A stretch of 64,000 bases of DNA from Azolla caroliniana. Its lineage: Eukaryota; Plantae; Polypodiophyta. The number at the start of each line of letters is the position of its first letter. Positions within the stretch are counted from its first letter, which is position 1. Shown here one piece after another: positions 32,291-46,400 of this stretch. A model generated the notes under the pieces. It did no database searches, was not told the origin of the DNA, and saw only the letters and a program-made list of their open reading frames with translations. The stretch spans positions 7,440,001 through 7,504,000 of the forward strand of contig JBHGNT010000002.1 of NCBI GenBank assembly GCA_043228905.1, in the 5' to 3' direction. The position numbers were made by a program, and so were the translations under genes.

Positions 32291-33010
32291 GTGAGAATGG
32301 CAACGACATTCGTGCAAGGGTGAGATTAGCGACAATGTGTGTGTTTCCAAAAGCATGGTGCAAGATACACGGCCGGACGAACAACGATGGAGAAGGAACC
32401 GACAAAGAAACTCCGGATACAAGTAATACAGAGGGAACTGGTGCCAACACGACCGGAAAGAGAAGCCCACTAGGAGACTGCGGAGGAAGAAGCAATGTGT
32501 GGAGTAGAGACCAACGGGAATTGTTGACAATGCACAAGAGATGGTTCCAGACGAAGTAACGTGGAGATAGCTAGGACCGGAATTGATAAAAGAAAGCCAA
32601 CAAAAGGGCCAAAGTAGATGGAGAAGGAGACACAAATGGAGACGCGAACCAACAAAAGTGGACGACCAGAAAAACGAATAACGTCAAAAGACACGACTGA
32701 ACGCACCAGACAGTCAGACCGCACGGGCACAAACAAACATGGCCGAACCACACAATTAAAAGCGATAATGAGACGATGGCCATAGTGGCAACCGACAAAC
32801 ACACGAGACGAACAGTGGCCGGAGTCGGACTGAACAACGCCGAATGATGATCAGAACTGGTCGGACAGAAACGAATTGATAGGAATGGAGATGCGGCCGA
32901 ACAAAAGACATAGCCAAACCGGACAAACGGCCGAACAATCGAAAGACTGTCGGACAACAGCCAAGAACAGAGATGGCCAGAATGACGACAGAGTTGGAGA
33001 CAGGATGGAG
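32291..33010 (+). mobile_element. Probable continuation of the Gypsy relic (A/G-rich internal region)
   Basis: Purine-rich, with repeated ggccgaac/cggaca motifs and a WCKIHG piece reminiscent of a gag Cys/His motif. Assigned mainly by position. Confidence 0.35.
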
Positions 33011-36000
33011 GACTTCTTCTTCATATGGAGGACACACTTAAGCAAAGTGTGAGAACCTTGACTACCTCCAAACAAATATGGGATAGATTAGAGGTTGATT
33101 ACCTCCATACGGACGTTACGTCCCAAGTTGCAAATTTAAAAACTTTAATAAATATGAATATGAATGAAAATGATGATGTTGATACATTTGTTAAAATTTG
33201 GAGACTTCGACTTGATGATGTGATCCTTTCAGGACTTAGTTTGCCAAGTTCCGTTCAATCCGCCCTCTTGTTAGCCGCCCTACCCCCATCATGGCAACCA
33301 TTTATAAGTACAAAATCCACATCACCCAACATTAGTGTCCCAACATTAGTGGCATCAATCTCACAAGAAAACATACTTCGTAGGGCAATAAATCAACCCT
33401 CCTCATCTCACGCCGCACTTTATATCAAACATCCAAATTACAATAAAAAACCTTACAATAAACCTAGATCAACATACCAACCTAATAACTCCAAATTTTA
33501 TTCACGGACTTCTAAATTTAATGATTCAAGGAATCATAACAAATCTAGGTTCCTTAGATCCTTTTGTACAAATTGTCAAAGGAGTGGACATGAAACAAAA
33601 GATTGTTATAGGAATCCTAACAATGGGAAAAGAACATATAAAGAAGACCAATCTTACAATGCATCACATGATGACTACGATTAAAATAATGACATATGTC
33701 ATGGTGACCAAAATTCCGATGAGGATAATGAAGACTCTTTCATTGCCTTCATGGCCCTCACTTCATTTAACAACTCTCCCACTTCAACGTGGATTCTTGA
33801 TACAGGTGCCACATGTCACCTCACCTCAAGAGTTGAATGGCTCAAAGACTATAAGGTCTTAGAGCATCCTTTCCCGGTTAGATTTGGGAACAATGGGGTT
33901 GAATATGCCCTTGGACATGGGACTGCCCATCTTGAACTTTCTGATGGGAACTTCATTGAAATCAATGAAGTTTACTATATACCTAACATAGCAAAAAACT
34001 TGATATCTTTCAATAAACTCACAAATGATAATACATCCGTCGAGTTTTATCACAAATATTGTATCATTCGTCATAAGACACCCTCTGGACGAGGCTATGT
34101 CGTTAACTGTCCAAGACAAGGATGTCTTTACCTCTTAGGTCGCTTTGTGGTACCTGCTGAAGAAGCACACCACATGGATGATTCAAACACATCCAACTAT
34201 GTGACCTCATTATGGCACTATCGATTAGGCCACTTAAACCATCAAACAATGGTTCACATGGCCCGACAACATATAGCAATTGGTTTTACTCTTCCTAATA
34301 ATTTGAAACTATCCCTTTGCGAAGGGTGTATATTTGGAAAACTCTCTAACTCGCCATTTCCATCCCATCCTACAACGACCACTAAACCCCTCCAACTAGT
34401 GCACACAAAAATATGTGGTCCTTTGTCTACCCCATCCCTATCTAGAAATGTATATTTCCTAACATTTATCGATGACTTTACTCGTTTCACGATGGTCACA
34501 TTTCTCAAGACAAAATGTAGTGATCAAGTCCTTGAGAAATTCAAAGCCTATCACAAACTTGCAACAAATCAACAAGAATTACCCCTTAAAGTACTCCAAT
34601 CAGATAATGGTGGAGAATTCAAGTCCCAAAACTTTCAAATGTATTGCCAAAATCATGGGATTCAACAACGGTTTACCATTCCATATACACCCCAACACAA
34701 TTCAAGGGTTGAACGACGAAACCGATTGTATATGGATGCCACTTGTTGCATGCTCGCCATTGCAAACCTTCCCCGAACATATTGGGAAGAGGCTGTTTCG
34801 ACCGCTTGTTATATATTCAATAGAACATATAGTCGATCAATTAGGACGACTCCATTTTCCTTGTGGTTTGGAAAAAATCCAAATTATAAACATCTAAGAA
34901 TCTTTGGATGTCCATCATATGCACTCGTACCGCTAGAAACTCGATCAAAATTAGATAATCACGCAATTCGCACAATATTGGTTAGGTATGGAGAACCTCA
35001 TGGCTATAAGGGTTATCGATTATACGACCCAAAATACAAAAGATTTATATTTAGCCGACGAGTGATATTTGATGAAGACAAATTGATATTTAATCCTCAT
35101 TCACATCATGGCTATGAAAAGATACAAGACGCGACTACCATGTCTAACACTGAATCCAATAAAGAAGTAATATCATCACCTACTAATTCTTGGCGGGCTC
35201 CACAAATGTCCTCGGAAATTCAACAAGTCACAATTAACTCTCCTCCATTAATGCCCTCATCTCTAGAGGTCCTCCCACAAGTCTTAGGTTCAACCAATGA
35301 CTCCAACTTATTGCCTTTAATAACCAAACAATCCCAACAAACTGATGTACATACTCCAATTTTAAACAGTAACCCCAACCAAAGTAAAAAGAGCCTTAAT
35401 AATCACCATAGCACTCATAAGGAAAAACTTTTAGATGGAACACAATTGACTCATATTGATTATTCATGCTCCCATCCTATCAAAAATCCCCTTATTCCAC
35501 TACGACGATCCTCGCGTCTTAATGACAAGTTGAAAACCATTGGTCACAATGATGCAAAAGTAATTAAAATAGGATGTAGGAATACTTCATATTCCATTAA
35601 TAATCAACATGTAGAACATACAAATAGTTCTGACATTGCGAAATCACCTACTTCACTTAGCTCTACATCTACTCCAAAGAAAGTTTGTACTATTCAAGAT
35701 CTTTATGATCACACAAAAAAAATAGACGCTCTTGTTGCAGACCATCAATTTGAACCTGAGTTTGCATTTTCGGCTCTTGGTTCCCCCTCAACCACATCAG
35801 ACATTTCTGATGATCCCTTAACTATCAATGAGGCATTGCAAAGCCCAGATCATAATGAACGACAAGCTACCATGGCAAAAGAACTTGAATCTCTTGAGAC
35901 CAACAAAACGTGGACCCTAGTACCACTCCCAATGGGATGCTCACCTATTTCATGCAAATGGGTGTTGAAGAAAAAACTAAACCATGATGGTACTGTTGCA

Positions 36001-37373
36001 CGTTACAAAGCTCGACTTGTCGCTCGTGGTTTTTCTCAAGTTGAAGGACTTGACTATTCTGAGACATTCTCACCCGTTCTTCGCATGGCATCTTTTCAGC
36101 TTCTAATGGCTCTGGCCACCATTCTTGACCTCAAGGTACATCATTTGGATGTACAAATGACATTTCTACATGGTGATTTACCCGAAGAAATCTACATGTC
36201 ACAACCTCCTGGGTTTGAGTCACACTCTCAACCAAACTATGTGTGTTGGTTACATCGGTCACTTTATGGACTCAAACAATCTCCTAGGTTATGGTTTCAA
36301 AAATTTAACAATTTTATGCTCTCACATGGCTATTCTAGATTGTTATTAGAACCAAATATATACATTAGACATAATCATACATCTAATCGGTTGTTAGTGG
36401 TAGCACTATATGTGGATGACATTCCTATAGTTGGAACACCATCTGAAATTACTCAAGCAAAGCTAGAACTTTCCAAAGCATTTTCAATAACAGATTTAGG
36501 TCCCCTATCTTATTTTCTAGGCATGCAAGTTTCGCGTAATCGTAGTATGGGCACCTTGATCATTCATCAAAATAAATTCATTAATGAAATTTTGAAATCC
36601 TTCGGAATGTTAAACATTAAACCTTGCCCTACTCCCTTATCACTAACATGTAACTTAAGCATATCCGATGGTCCAACCATGAAAAGAGATATTAATTTTA
36701 TGCAACAATTTCCCTTTAAACAATTAATAGGAAAACTTCGATATTTAGTCACAGGAACTCGTCCTGACCTTTGTTTTGCAATTAATTATCTATCGCGCTT
36801 TATGCATAACCCCAGCCTTATGCATTGGAAATCACTTCAACGAGTTATGCGATATCTAAAACACACATCCAACTATGGATTAACATATAAACGATCCCAA
36901 TCCGAAAGACCAATCAAATCACTTGTTGGTTGGTTTGATTTGGATTGGGGGGGGGGGGGGGGACGTTGATTCTCGAAGATCTACTGCTGGTTTTTCTTTT
37001 ATAATGGCAGGAGCAGCAGTGACGTGGCAATCGAAAAAACAAGAATCTGTGACACTCTCATCTGCTGAAGCTGAATTCGTAATAGTGGCATTAGCTGCTA
37101 AAGAAGGATTATGGTTGCAAACAGTGTTAAAAGAACTCCAACTATGTGAACCACTCCAATTGAAAATCTTATGCGACAATATATCATGTATCTACTTAAC
37201 GAAGAATCCAAAGCACTCGGAGAAAACAAAACATGTGGATTAAAAATATCAGTTTTATACGAGAGTTGGCCGAAGAAAACAAGCTTACCTTAGAGTTTAC
37301 ATCGACAAATAAATCAATCATATGTGGGCCGATTTTCTAACAAAGGCTCTACCTCCGGACAAAAACTACCATT
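33010..37373 (+). mobile_element. Copia element A, AT-rich, gag-pol nearly complete but lacking both LTRs
   Basis: Gag ORF 33025-33684 (LPPSWQPFI, CTNCQRSGHETKDC), one in-frame TAA, then ORF 33751-36969 (WILDTGATCH, LWHYRLGH, QSDNGGEF, YKARLVARG, LYVDDI). A poly-G frameshift at 36946-36962 precedes RNase H (SSAEAEF, HSEKTKHVD, ADFLTKAL). No PBS, PPT or LTR found. Confidence 0.9.
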
Positions 37374-37466
37374 CAATTAAGTTTTTCTTCTTCTCTTTCT
37401 CTCTCTTTCTCTCTTTCCATTCCATATTCCCTTATTTTCCATTTTCCACAGAGCATAATCAGCCGC

Positions 37467-37469
<3 letters not shown>

Positions 37470-37497
<28 letters not shown>
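37470..37497. repeat. (AT)n microsatellite, with adjacent (TCC)n/(TCA)n at ~37598-37635 and (CTA)n at ~37830-37851
   Basis: Direct reading. Confidence 0.95.
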
Positions 37498-38536
37498 TGA
37501 CAGGATATGATCCGGCCTCTGCATATTAAGCCAGGCTGCTGTGCCTGATGTATTATGCCAGATAGATTGATATCACATCAGGCCACTGAGGTGTAAGTCC
37601 TCCTCCTCCTCCTCCTCATCATCATCGTCATCATCAGGCAGAACAGATGAATCCATGGCTTGATCCATGGCTACAATACGATGAGGCTAAGCAGGTAAGT
37701 CCGCCAGATCTAGAGAGATGTACAATAGGGATCTAAAAGCAGTAAATGTCATGCATGGATGGAAGGAGGCATTGATCTGGAAGGAGTACGTCCACAATCT
37801 GAGCATGAATCCGTCCATTATGAACTGCACTACTACTACTACTACTACTACTGCTATGGCAGCGCTGTTACAGCTCAGAAAACCCTAATTTCCTCCCATA
37901 TAAAACTATCTTCTCTTTTTCGCTTCTTCTTTTCTGTTTTTTTTTTTTTTGTTTTTTTCAGATCGCTAAAGCACGCAGATACCAAATTTGCAGAGCTTTT
38001 TTTTTCTGCATCCAAGAAGCTGCGTTTTCTCTCTTTCTTTTTTTGTTTTCTCTATTTTGTTTTCTTACTTTTTTTTGCTTTTTACTTTTTCATTTTTTAG
38101 ATATAAAAGTAGTGGACGGCCCTGATCGTCCAAAACCCCAGATTCACGGGCTGAATGTATTTATATTGTTTTATTTTTCCAAAAAAATGTATTGATTTTT
38201 TCCAATCTGTATGAAATAGTGAGGAGGACATAAATAATCCACCATCACCACCCTCCTCCTTCTCTGTCTGTCTGTCTGTCTGTCTCTTGTTATTACACAG
38301 TTTGATACATAAATTATTATGGTATTTGTTTTCCTCATGGAAGCAAAATCCCTTATTTATCTGATTGATCCTTTCTTCAAGTAAAAGATTTAATAGGTTA
38401 ATTTCTCTTTCGCCTTCTCTTAATTTCTCATATAGATTGGTCCAAATTCTTCTTCTTCTTCTTCTTTATCATTACCATCATTTCTTCTCCCATAGCCATA
38501 GCCGCTCTCTCATTACTATCTGCTTTTGCTGCGGCT

Positions 38537-41121
38537 ATGCCGAAATCTAACCTAACTTCATACACCATCAGGAGCACCACCCGCCAAGTCGTCGAAGGTG
38601 ATATACGAACATCTATCCGCTGATTAAATTAGACCTGCCATAGCTAGTGCTTTCTTTTAATCTTTTGTTTGCTCCGCTGATTAAATTGGACCTGCCATAG
38701 CTAGTGCTTTCTTTTAATCTTTTGTTTGCTCCGTTCAGTGCCTTCCATAAATTTTGAAAAAGGCCAATATCTTAATTTTCTGCAAACAATATAAGTCTGA
38801 AGAGTGCTATTTAGATTTATATAGATTCTGCTTTCTTCGCTTTCTAAATGTGACGTGTTGTATATTTTGTTTTTTTTTCACATTAATCTTCAAAGGCATT
38901 GTTATATCTTATCTTTGCAAACCTTTCTTGATTTGAATGCATAAAATAACAACAAATAGATTCATATTTTGTGTAATCTTGAAGCTCAAGTTTAGGGTTT
39001 AGTCTGTTTCCAAACACGATTTAAGGTTTCCAAATCATGACAGTTGGAGACAATGTGATAATACGACCTGCAGAAACAGAGAGACTTCCATACGTTGCAA
39101 GGATTGAGAAGATCGAATCAGGGTTTCCTAGTGTGGTGGACAACGTTATGGTGAGGCTGAGATGGTATTATAGACCAGAAGACACCGTTGGAGGAAAAAC
39201 ATCCCATGGAAGCAAGGAATTGTTTTGGTCTGATCATTTTGGTGTCCAAAGTGCTGACACCATTGAAGAGAAATGCAACGTTCATTCCTTCAAAAGATAT
39301 ACCAAACTCAAGAGTCCTGGTGAGAATGATTTCTTCTCGCGATTGAAATACAAAGGTTCTACAAGAACCTTCACTCCTACTCGTGTTCCTGTGTGAGTAT
39401 TGTTTGTTTCCATTTGAAAACTAGAGTTAACATATGGCATCAATAACTGAGATGATCCGTGTCTTGTTTTCATTTGTGCATTGATTAACAACTAACAATT
39501 TAGGAGTTAGTTAATGTGTAGATACTGCCGATGTGGGGAGCCTTACAACCCTGATGATTTGATGGTGCAATGTGAAGATTGCAAGGATTGGTATGTGTTC
39601 TCTTACAGTAAATGTGTGCATGTTGATTCCTGACATTGTCTTCAAACATTTGGAAAGCGTTAGATACAATATTTTGGTTAAATATTATCATATCTTTATA
39701 ATGGTGAAAACTGTAAAGTTAATCTCCATTAGCTTACTTCTATTATAATGCTTTCAACCTGTGGTTGTGGACAATGAATTTCAGAAAGAGAAATTTTATG
39801 GAAATTTTCTCTAGTAAAAACCTGCTGGACTCATAGGATAATGCAAAATGATTGATTAGGTTCAGACCCATGATGTCAATGCTGTAAACCACAAAGTCGG
39901 TTACCACTTAAAGTCAATCAGGGAAAATAATCAATCATTATGGCAAATTGTGTTTACAAATCCACAAATCAAGTCTATGTGCCTGCACAGACGAGGTAAT
40001 ATGTATGCTTGTTTGAATATGACTTACATATCAGCTTCTGTATGCAAATTGTGATGGAGATGCTTTCTTATTTTGATCTAGCATGTATTTTCTTGTTTTT
40101 CATAGCAATACCACTATACGATCTGATAGTATTAGGGATAATGAGCTTAACTCAAGCCAATGTGGCCTAAATCAATACCAATCCTTAACAATCTTCATAT
40201 TATTATGTCAGAGACTAGTTGACTCTAAGACTAGATGATATGGTGCTGAAGTTGAGTGCAAATTGTCGACAATGCGATGCAAAATATGCAGAATTGATAA
40301 ATGAGATAATCCTGATCGAGTACTTCAGCTAATAATGTAGTTTGTTGGAAGGAAACACAAATTTAAGTGCATGAGAATGTTTATAATCTTTTATCTTCAT
40401 CTGCAAAAATGATGCTTACCTTAGTTCACATTGTTGAGTTCAGGTTGCATCCATCATGCCTGGAAATGGCTCCTGAGCAATTGAAGAAAGGTGATCGTTT
40501 ATGTTGTCCTGAGTGTGAACTGTTTAAAATTGATTCATCTGACTCATCAAAAGAGAAGACAGAGGTAAGCCAGTGTTTTACAACTACCAAACTACTAAAT
40601 TATATTGCATTCTATTTGCATTTTTCTGATATTGAATGTGCTCATATGAACAATTGACAATGAACCTTTTATCATGAAATACATACATGCAGGTCCTGTT
40701 CATATGAATAATTATTAATATGGCTAGAGATATGCCCAGTTGCAATGACTCCTTGTCATGAAATATGCATTTTTGTTGAGTTCATGTATACCTTAATTAG
40801 GAATCTATGAAAGTAAGTTCAGAGATATTATACCCATTTGCAGCTATGACATTGTAATGAAACAAGGTTTTTTGTTACTGTTCATGTAAATAAACCTTAA
40901 TTACAAATAAATGACGATTAAGGCTAGAAACTTGCCCATTTTTTCTAAATTAGAAAGGAATAATAAGGCCGTAAATGGTTGCTTGTGCTTGTCTTATTAA
41001 GGTTTGATGTGTGCGTATTTAACCAACCATATTTTAACCAACCATATTCTAGAGTGTAAAACAGTTGTATCTGAATTTCATCTGGTGTGTGCAGGCTGAA
41101 TCAAAGCGACAAAAGCGGTGA
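38537..41121 (+). CDS. EBS: EBS/SHL-family BAH-PHD chromatin reader (divergent paralog)
   Basis: Exons 38537-38597, 39044-39392, 39522-39590, 40444-40564, 41095-41121 (TGA). SYTI...VGDNVIIRP...PYVARIEKIE...RWYYRPE...HGSKELFWSDH (BAH); YCRCGEPYNPDDLMVQCEDCKDWLHPSC...CPEC (PHD); C-terminal KRQKR NLS-like tail. Confidence 0.93.
38616..38733. repeat. 57-bp tandem duplication in intron 1 of the BAH-PHD gene
   Basis: tccgctgattaaatt(a/g)gacctgccatagctagtgctttcttttaatcttttgtttgc twice, one mismatch. Confidence 0.95.
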
Positions 41122-43438
41122 AACTATTAACTGGGGCTGAAATGTTGTAATCAAATTTCGTATATATCAATCGAACTACAGGTGACAAATCTGGAAACCT
41201 AATTACATGGTTCAATTAACACCAACCAAGACAAACAAACAAGAAATAGACACATATGACATACTCTCTCTCTCTCTCTTACATAGTTTTAAGTAAACCT
41301 TTCATAGATGAATACAAATGTAATGCATACTTTCATGACCTAGGTAATTCAACAATTAAAGACTTAATAAACAATAATATACGTTATATGTATATGGTGG
41401 TTTCTTCATTAATTTGTAGCACTAATCTATCAGCTACCTATCAAAATGAAGTGTAGGTTTAGCAGAAATGGCAGTTGGATATGATTTTTTTCTTCTTAGT
41501 TTGATCTAAAATTAGCTTGTTTGATCAATATTTGTTTTAGAGCATTTTATTCTCCCTCTTTCTTAACAATGGCTCTAAATAATTTCACTAATTACTATTA
41601 GGTTGTAGTTATTGAAGTTAAAAAGGTCTCGGGAGTAGCCAGGAGCTAGATATAGAGTTTAATTTGTAGATTTAAGAATGCGCACTTTCTCTTTCCAATG
41701 GATCCTTACCTTCTATTCAACAAGTTAGGAAACCAAGAGTTTTGTAGACTTCATATTGGCTCAGAAAAGTTGGTTTATTGGCACACAAGTGCTCCCAAAT
41801 GTTGTGATTTGTTGGATATATCTCATTTTATGTGATCTTAACTTGGAACTTTTGTTGTGTGCAATCAACCCTCTATTCTAGAATAATGTTCACAATAGAA
41901 GCATATTGCGATGATGAAAAAACCATAAGTGAATAATTTACAAGCTATTCAATAGAATAATGTTTGCAATAAAGTAGTGTCATGAGAACCTGATTTCATG
42001 GGAAGGTAACTTCCATATTTGTATGCTCACAATGAAAGTTTCCACATCCACTTTGAAAGAATAAAGTCACAAACATTTGGAGCATGATATGCATTACAAG
42101 GTTGTCAATGTTCAACAATTATCAACAACTGAAGCTAATAACACAAATTTAATCGTAGGAAAATGATAAAATCCGGGTCGCCATCTGTTTTAAGTCTGCC
42201 ATATCCATTAAACCCTAAACTTAACATAAAACCTTTAATACATTAAGTTTGATAAAAACCTCTTAACAGATTTCCTGTCAAAACCATTGTGTGAATAGTT
42301 TATAATTGCAACATTATTTGGAAAGTGCAATTATTGTATTAGTAAGAAGGGGAAGTTCAGATGGCTTGGTACTCTAGCATATGACTGACATTTATCTTGA
42401 GATATTCATCACATGAAATCAACCAACCCTTGGTTTCAAACCAAAGTTTATAGTTATAATTCAATTTTTGCATGGGCAGATAAACACAGGCACATCAAGG
42501 AAATTTGCTACACCCTATAGAGCTCTTGCACATCAATTCATTACAAAGAGCAAGAGATCAACAATTGAATCTTCGATGATTATGGAACCAAATTCTAGAT
42601 TTACCATATAAACATTGATTACCTCAAGCACAAACATTGTAATCATTATAACAGAAGACAACATTCAACATAATGTGCTGTTGAGATGCGTTATCAATAA
42701 CAATCCTTGTGATACAAAATTTCATTATACTGTGCTTTGAAAATATACAATAACAATCCTTGTGATCCATATAGATTTTAGGTGCCAAGAGAAAGAAAAG
42801 CTCATTCTTTCAAGTCTCGACCACAAAAGACAACCAGGAGATAACAATAAACAAACATGGAAATCTGTAACCATAAGCTTACATCTAGCCTCAGCTATCT
42901 ATTTTTGTTTGACATATAAATAGTGATCTTGTACCCAAAACAACATAGGAGGCATTACAAAAAGAGGTATTTGGAAGCCCAACTATAACATGGTTTCTCT
43001 CAAAGTACAGTAGTAACCCAAGAAAAACATAGTCTGGGAAAGTATACCATTCTAGTTGCACTCGAGTTTCTCTTTGAATAGGACTCAAGTCTCATTTATT
43101 ACAAAAAGAGCATGAATGATTTTTTTCTCCTTTAATGAGTTCACTGTAAACTGCATAGAAAGCATTTTCCTCATCCACAATCAGGATGCCACATTTCTTT
43201 CTACCTTATATACCAAAAACTTTAGTCAGTACCGATGCTATTGTTAAGGCCACCTAAGCTTCAACATGCTCTAAAAGAGCCAGCTTGCCCTCAATCTCAT
43301 TTATAAGTTAAAGAATTGTTACAAAGCATTTATGTTTGAAGATAGGATCCACGCTATGTATTTCTGAGATAGATTCAAAGGCTATGCATTTCTGAAATAG
43401 ATTCAAAACAATCAACCAATAAACTGAGTAATACTCTT

Positions 43439-46400
43439 CTAATTATCTGTCAAGAATGGGTCCACATCTCCTTCAGCAGCAGCGAGTGGTTCGAGGGTTG
43501 ATAAATCTTCTTCAGGATCTGGGAAAAACGTTGGAAAGGGAGTAATGGATAAGTCTGGCTTTTTGTGGAAAGCATCCTTCACAAAGACAAAATTGCCAGC
43601 ATGTCCAGGAACCTATTCTCATTGCAAAAAATATAAAAACAGAAAACAAAAAGTCTGCATTCTCAAAAACCTCATCTTTAAGATGTAGAAAGCAAACATT
43701 ATAATTGTGATGTCTAGCACACACAAAAGCACGATACCTGGCCTCGAACCCACATAAGATTTCTTGCTGGATCAATCTTGTGGATCCATACACTCTTCAC
43801 AGTTCTTCGTTTGCCACCCATCCGCCCAGCCATCTTCTTCCCCTTAAAAACCTATGATGGGAAAAACCATGCAAGATTTTCTTTTTTTAAGCTGGAAATT
43901 TGAAAAACATCCTTGAATTTGTTATGATAAGTTATAACTTGGATGGAAGCTCTAGAAAACTTATCATGAAAAATATACTTCAAATTTTTATACCAAACTA
44001 TACCTTTCCTGGATCCTGGCGACCACCAGTTGAACCGAGACTTCGATGGGAAAGTGAAGCACCATGAGAAGCAGGCATTCCAGCAAAACCCCATCTTTTC
44101 ATACCACCCTGTTGATCATGCAATAAAGCTTAAATCTTATGTAAAGTAAATGGTTAAAGCCAAAATAGATTGCTGTGGAAGTTTTGATGTAGTACATGAC
44201 ATTGAGAGAATCTATCTGCCAAGAAGGTAGATGATTGATGATTCTGAATGTTAGACAGGGATGACAAAGTTTTCTTACCAATTTATGCCCAAAATACTAA
44301 GCCATAAAGTAAATCCATCTTATTTTTATATTCTACATCAGCCAATGCAGTTAAGGAAAAAATCCATAAACCAAAATCTTTGACCATTAAGATTGCAACT
44401 ATATAAATCTGAGGGCAGGATACTAACAACTTATATCAATCTAAGATAAATGAGAACTAGGAGGAATCTTTCTTTCGATGAAAGAGGGCAGGATACTGCA
44501 AAACATATCTGACTAGGAATCTACAGGCCCTAAATATTTCTAGAGAATATCAACCAATCATATAATTACACATGGGCGACCAATGACATTCTGGAGGTTT
44601 GTGATACAAAAAACCTTGTGACCTAATTCTCTACTGTAATCAAAAAATCCCGACATGCATTTTTTTATTAAAATTTCAACTAGTTGCAACTAAAAAAATA
44701 CACTACCAATTGACTTGAACTATTTCTTATGCTCATGCTTTCTTTTTGGCCAAAACTGTATTTTTTTCCTTTTATACTTCACAACTTTACAGTTGTCATA
44801 ATATAATCACACTCCTTTAAAATGCTAAAATTGGACGTTCCAAAAATCAATGTTAAGGTTAAGCTCTCAAAGATAAACAGGACAAACAAAATGATGGCAA
44901 TCAATAAAATGGATGTGCACTTAAGGTTAATGTCTTTCCCTATATTCCAATTACTTGATTCAGTTGTAATCATTGAACAGAATTTTAGTGCATAATTCAC
45001 TGTCTTCATTGTAACATCTTTTTCTCTAATAAAGCTTAAAATGATTCAAGAATTAAAAGGGCAAGGGCATTCTCTACCCATAGAATTAGTCGATTGGAGT
45101 TAGAAGTCACTCACAATCACCCCAGATTATCAGGCTTCACTTTTACACATGCATTTCCTTTATGCAAACAATCTTAATTAAATGATTGAGGGTCTACTTT
45201 AAAAATATCATAAACTATGAGTACTCAATCGGAGGGATAACATACCCTTTAAAATATGCAATGTGCTTCACAAACAGAAACAAAAGTTTCGACAATGTTT
45301 GACTCACTTAATGTTATGATACACAAAACTGCTAGTTTCCTCTTATAAATTTCTAGCTTATGATTCATTATTATGTAAGATTTATATACCATACCTGAAA
45401 ACCTTTTCCAATAGTGATTCCAGCTATATCAACATATTGCCCAGGAACAAAATGGCGAACAGATATTGGAGTGCCCACAGGTAATAATGCATCATCTGAT
45501 ACTGGAAACTCTACTAGCTTCCTCTTAAGAGGCACTCCTTGTGTGAAGAAATGTCCAAGTTCAGGTTTCGTAAGCTGCTTAGGCTTCTTTTGTCCACATC
45601 CAATCTAAGAAAAAAAAAACAGATATTATTTGACAGAATAATGACGACTCATGCCTATAGAGACTTTCCTTTCATCATGTCTATTTTTGTTTTTCATTTA
45701 AAGATTCTAGAGAATCTTGAAAAGTTCCCAACGCTAAGCATTGGAATCTTTCCACAAGATTTAATTGAACCTTCAAAGACTCCAATGTTAACTGATAGAG
45801 TATCGATTAATCATTGCATGAAAACAAAGGTTCTCGTGAATCTATAAAACTCCAATCAATTTAACAAATTAGTTAATTACATGACAATACACGTGTACAT
45901 TTTGAAAGCTCCTACATTTTGATCCTTTTAATTACAGCATCATTTAACAGCTAGCTCGAAATGATGGGCTATATAAAAAATGATTACCAACATTTTAATA
46001 AGGTTCTAATATTTGATTCACTAGAAAATCTTGACTAATATGAAATGATGTACTGTATCAAAACCATTACCCCATATGTACATTTTGATAGTCTCCTCGG
46101 AACTAGACACCTTCCAAATAAAACGGGTCATTAACTTGACAAAGCTTGAAATAGTGAGCTATATCAACCCAAAACCTACATTCTAAGATTCTATGCATTT
46201 AACTACAAAGGCGAGATATACTAAAGTATACATGTATATATTGGTAAGAACTTGAGTTTTATTATTTGATACCTCAAGAAAACTTGGCAGGTATATAATT
46301 ATGAACTATATAAAACTTCCATGCATATATTTTTCTAAGCTCCAAAGGTCATCTTTTTAATTAACTTGACAAGCTCAAAATTATGCAAATAATGACATCT

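Noticed and set aside
33682-33684. Programmed gag-pol stop-codon readthrough in element A
   Set aside because: Copia elements normally use one ORF, the context is not a known readthrough motif, and the element has other inactivating changes. A nonsense mutation is simpler.
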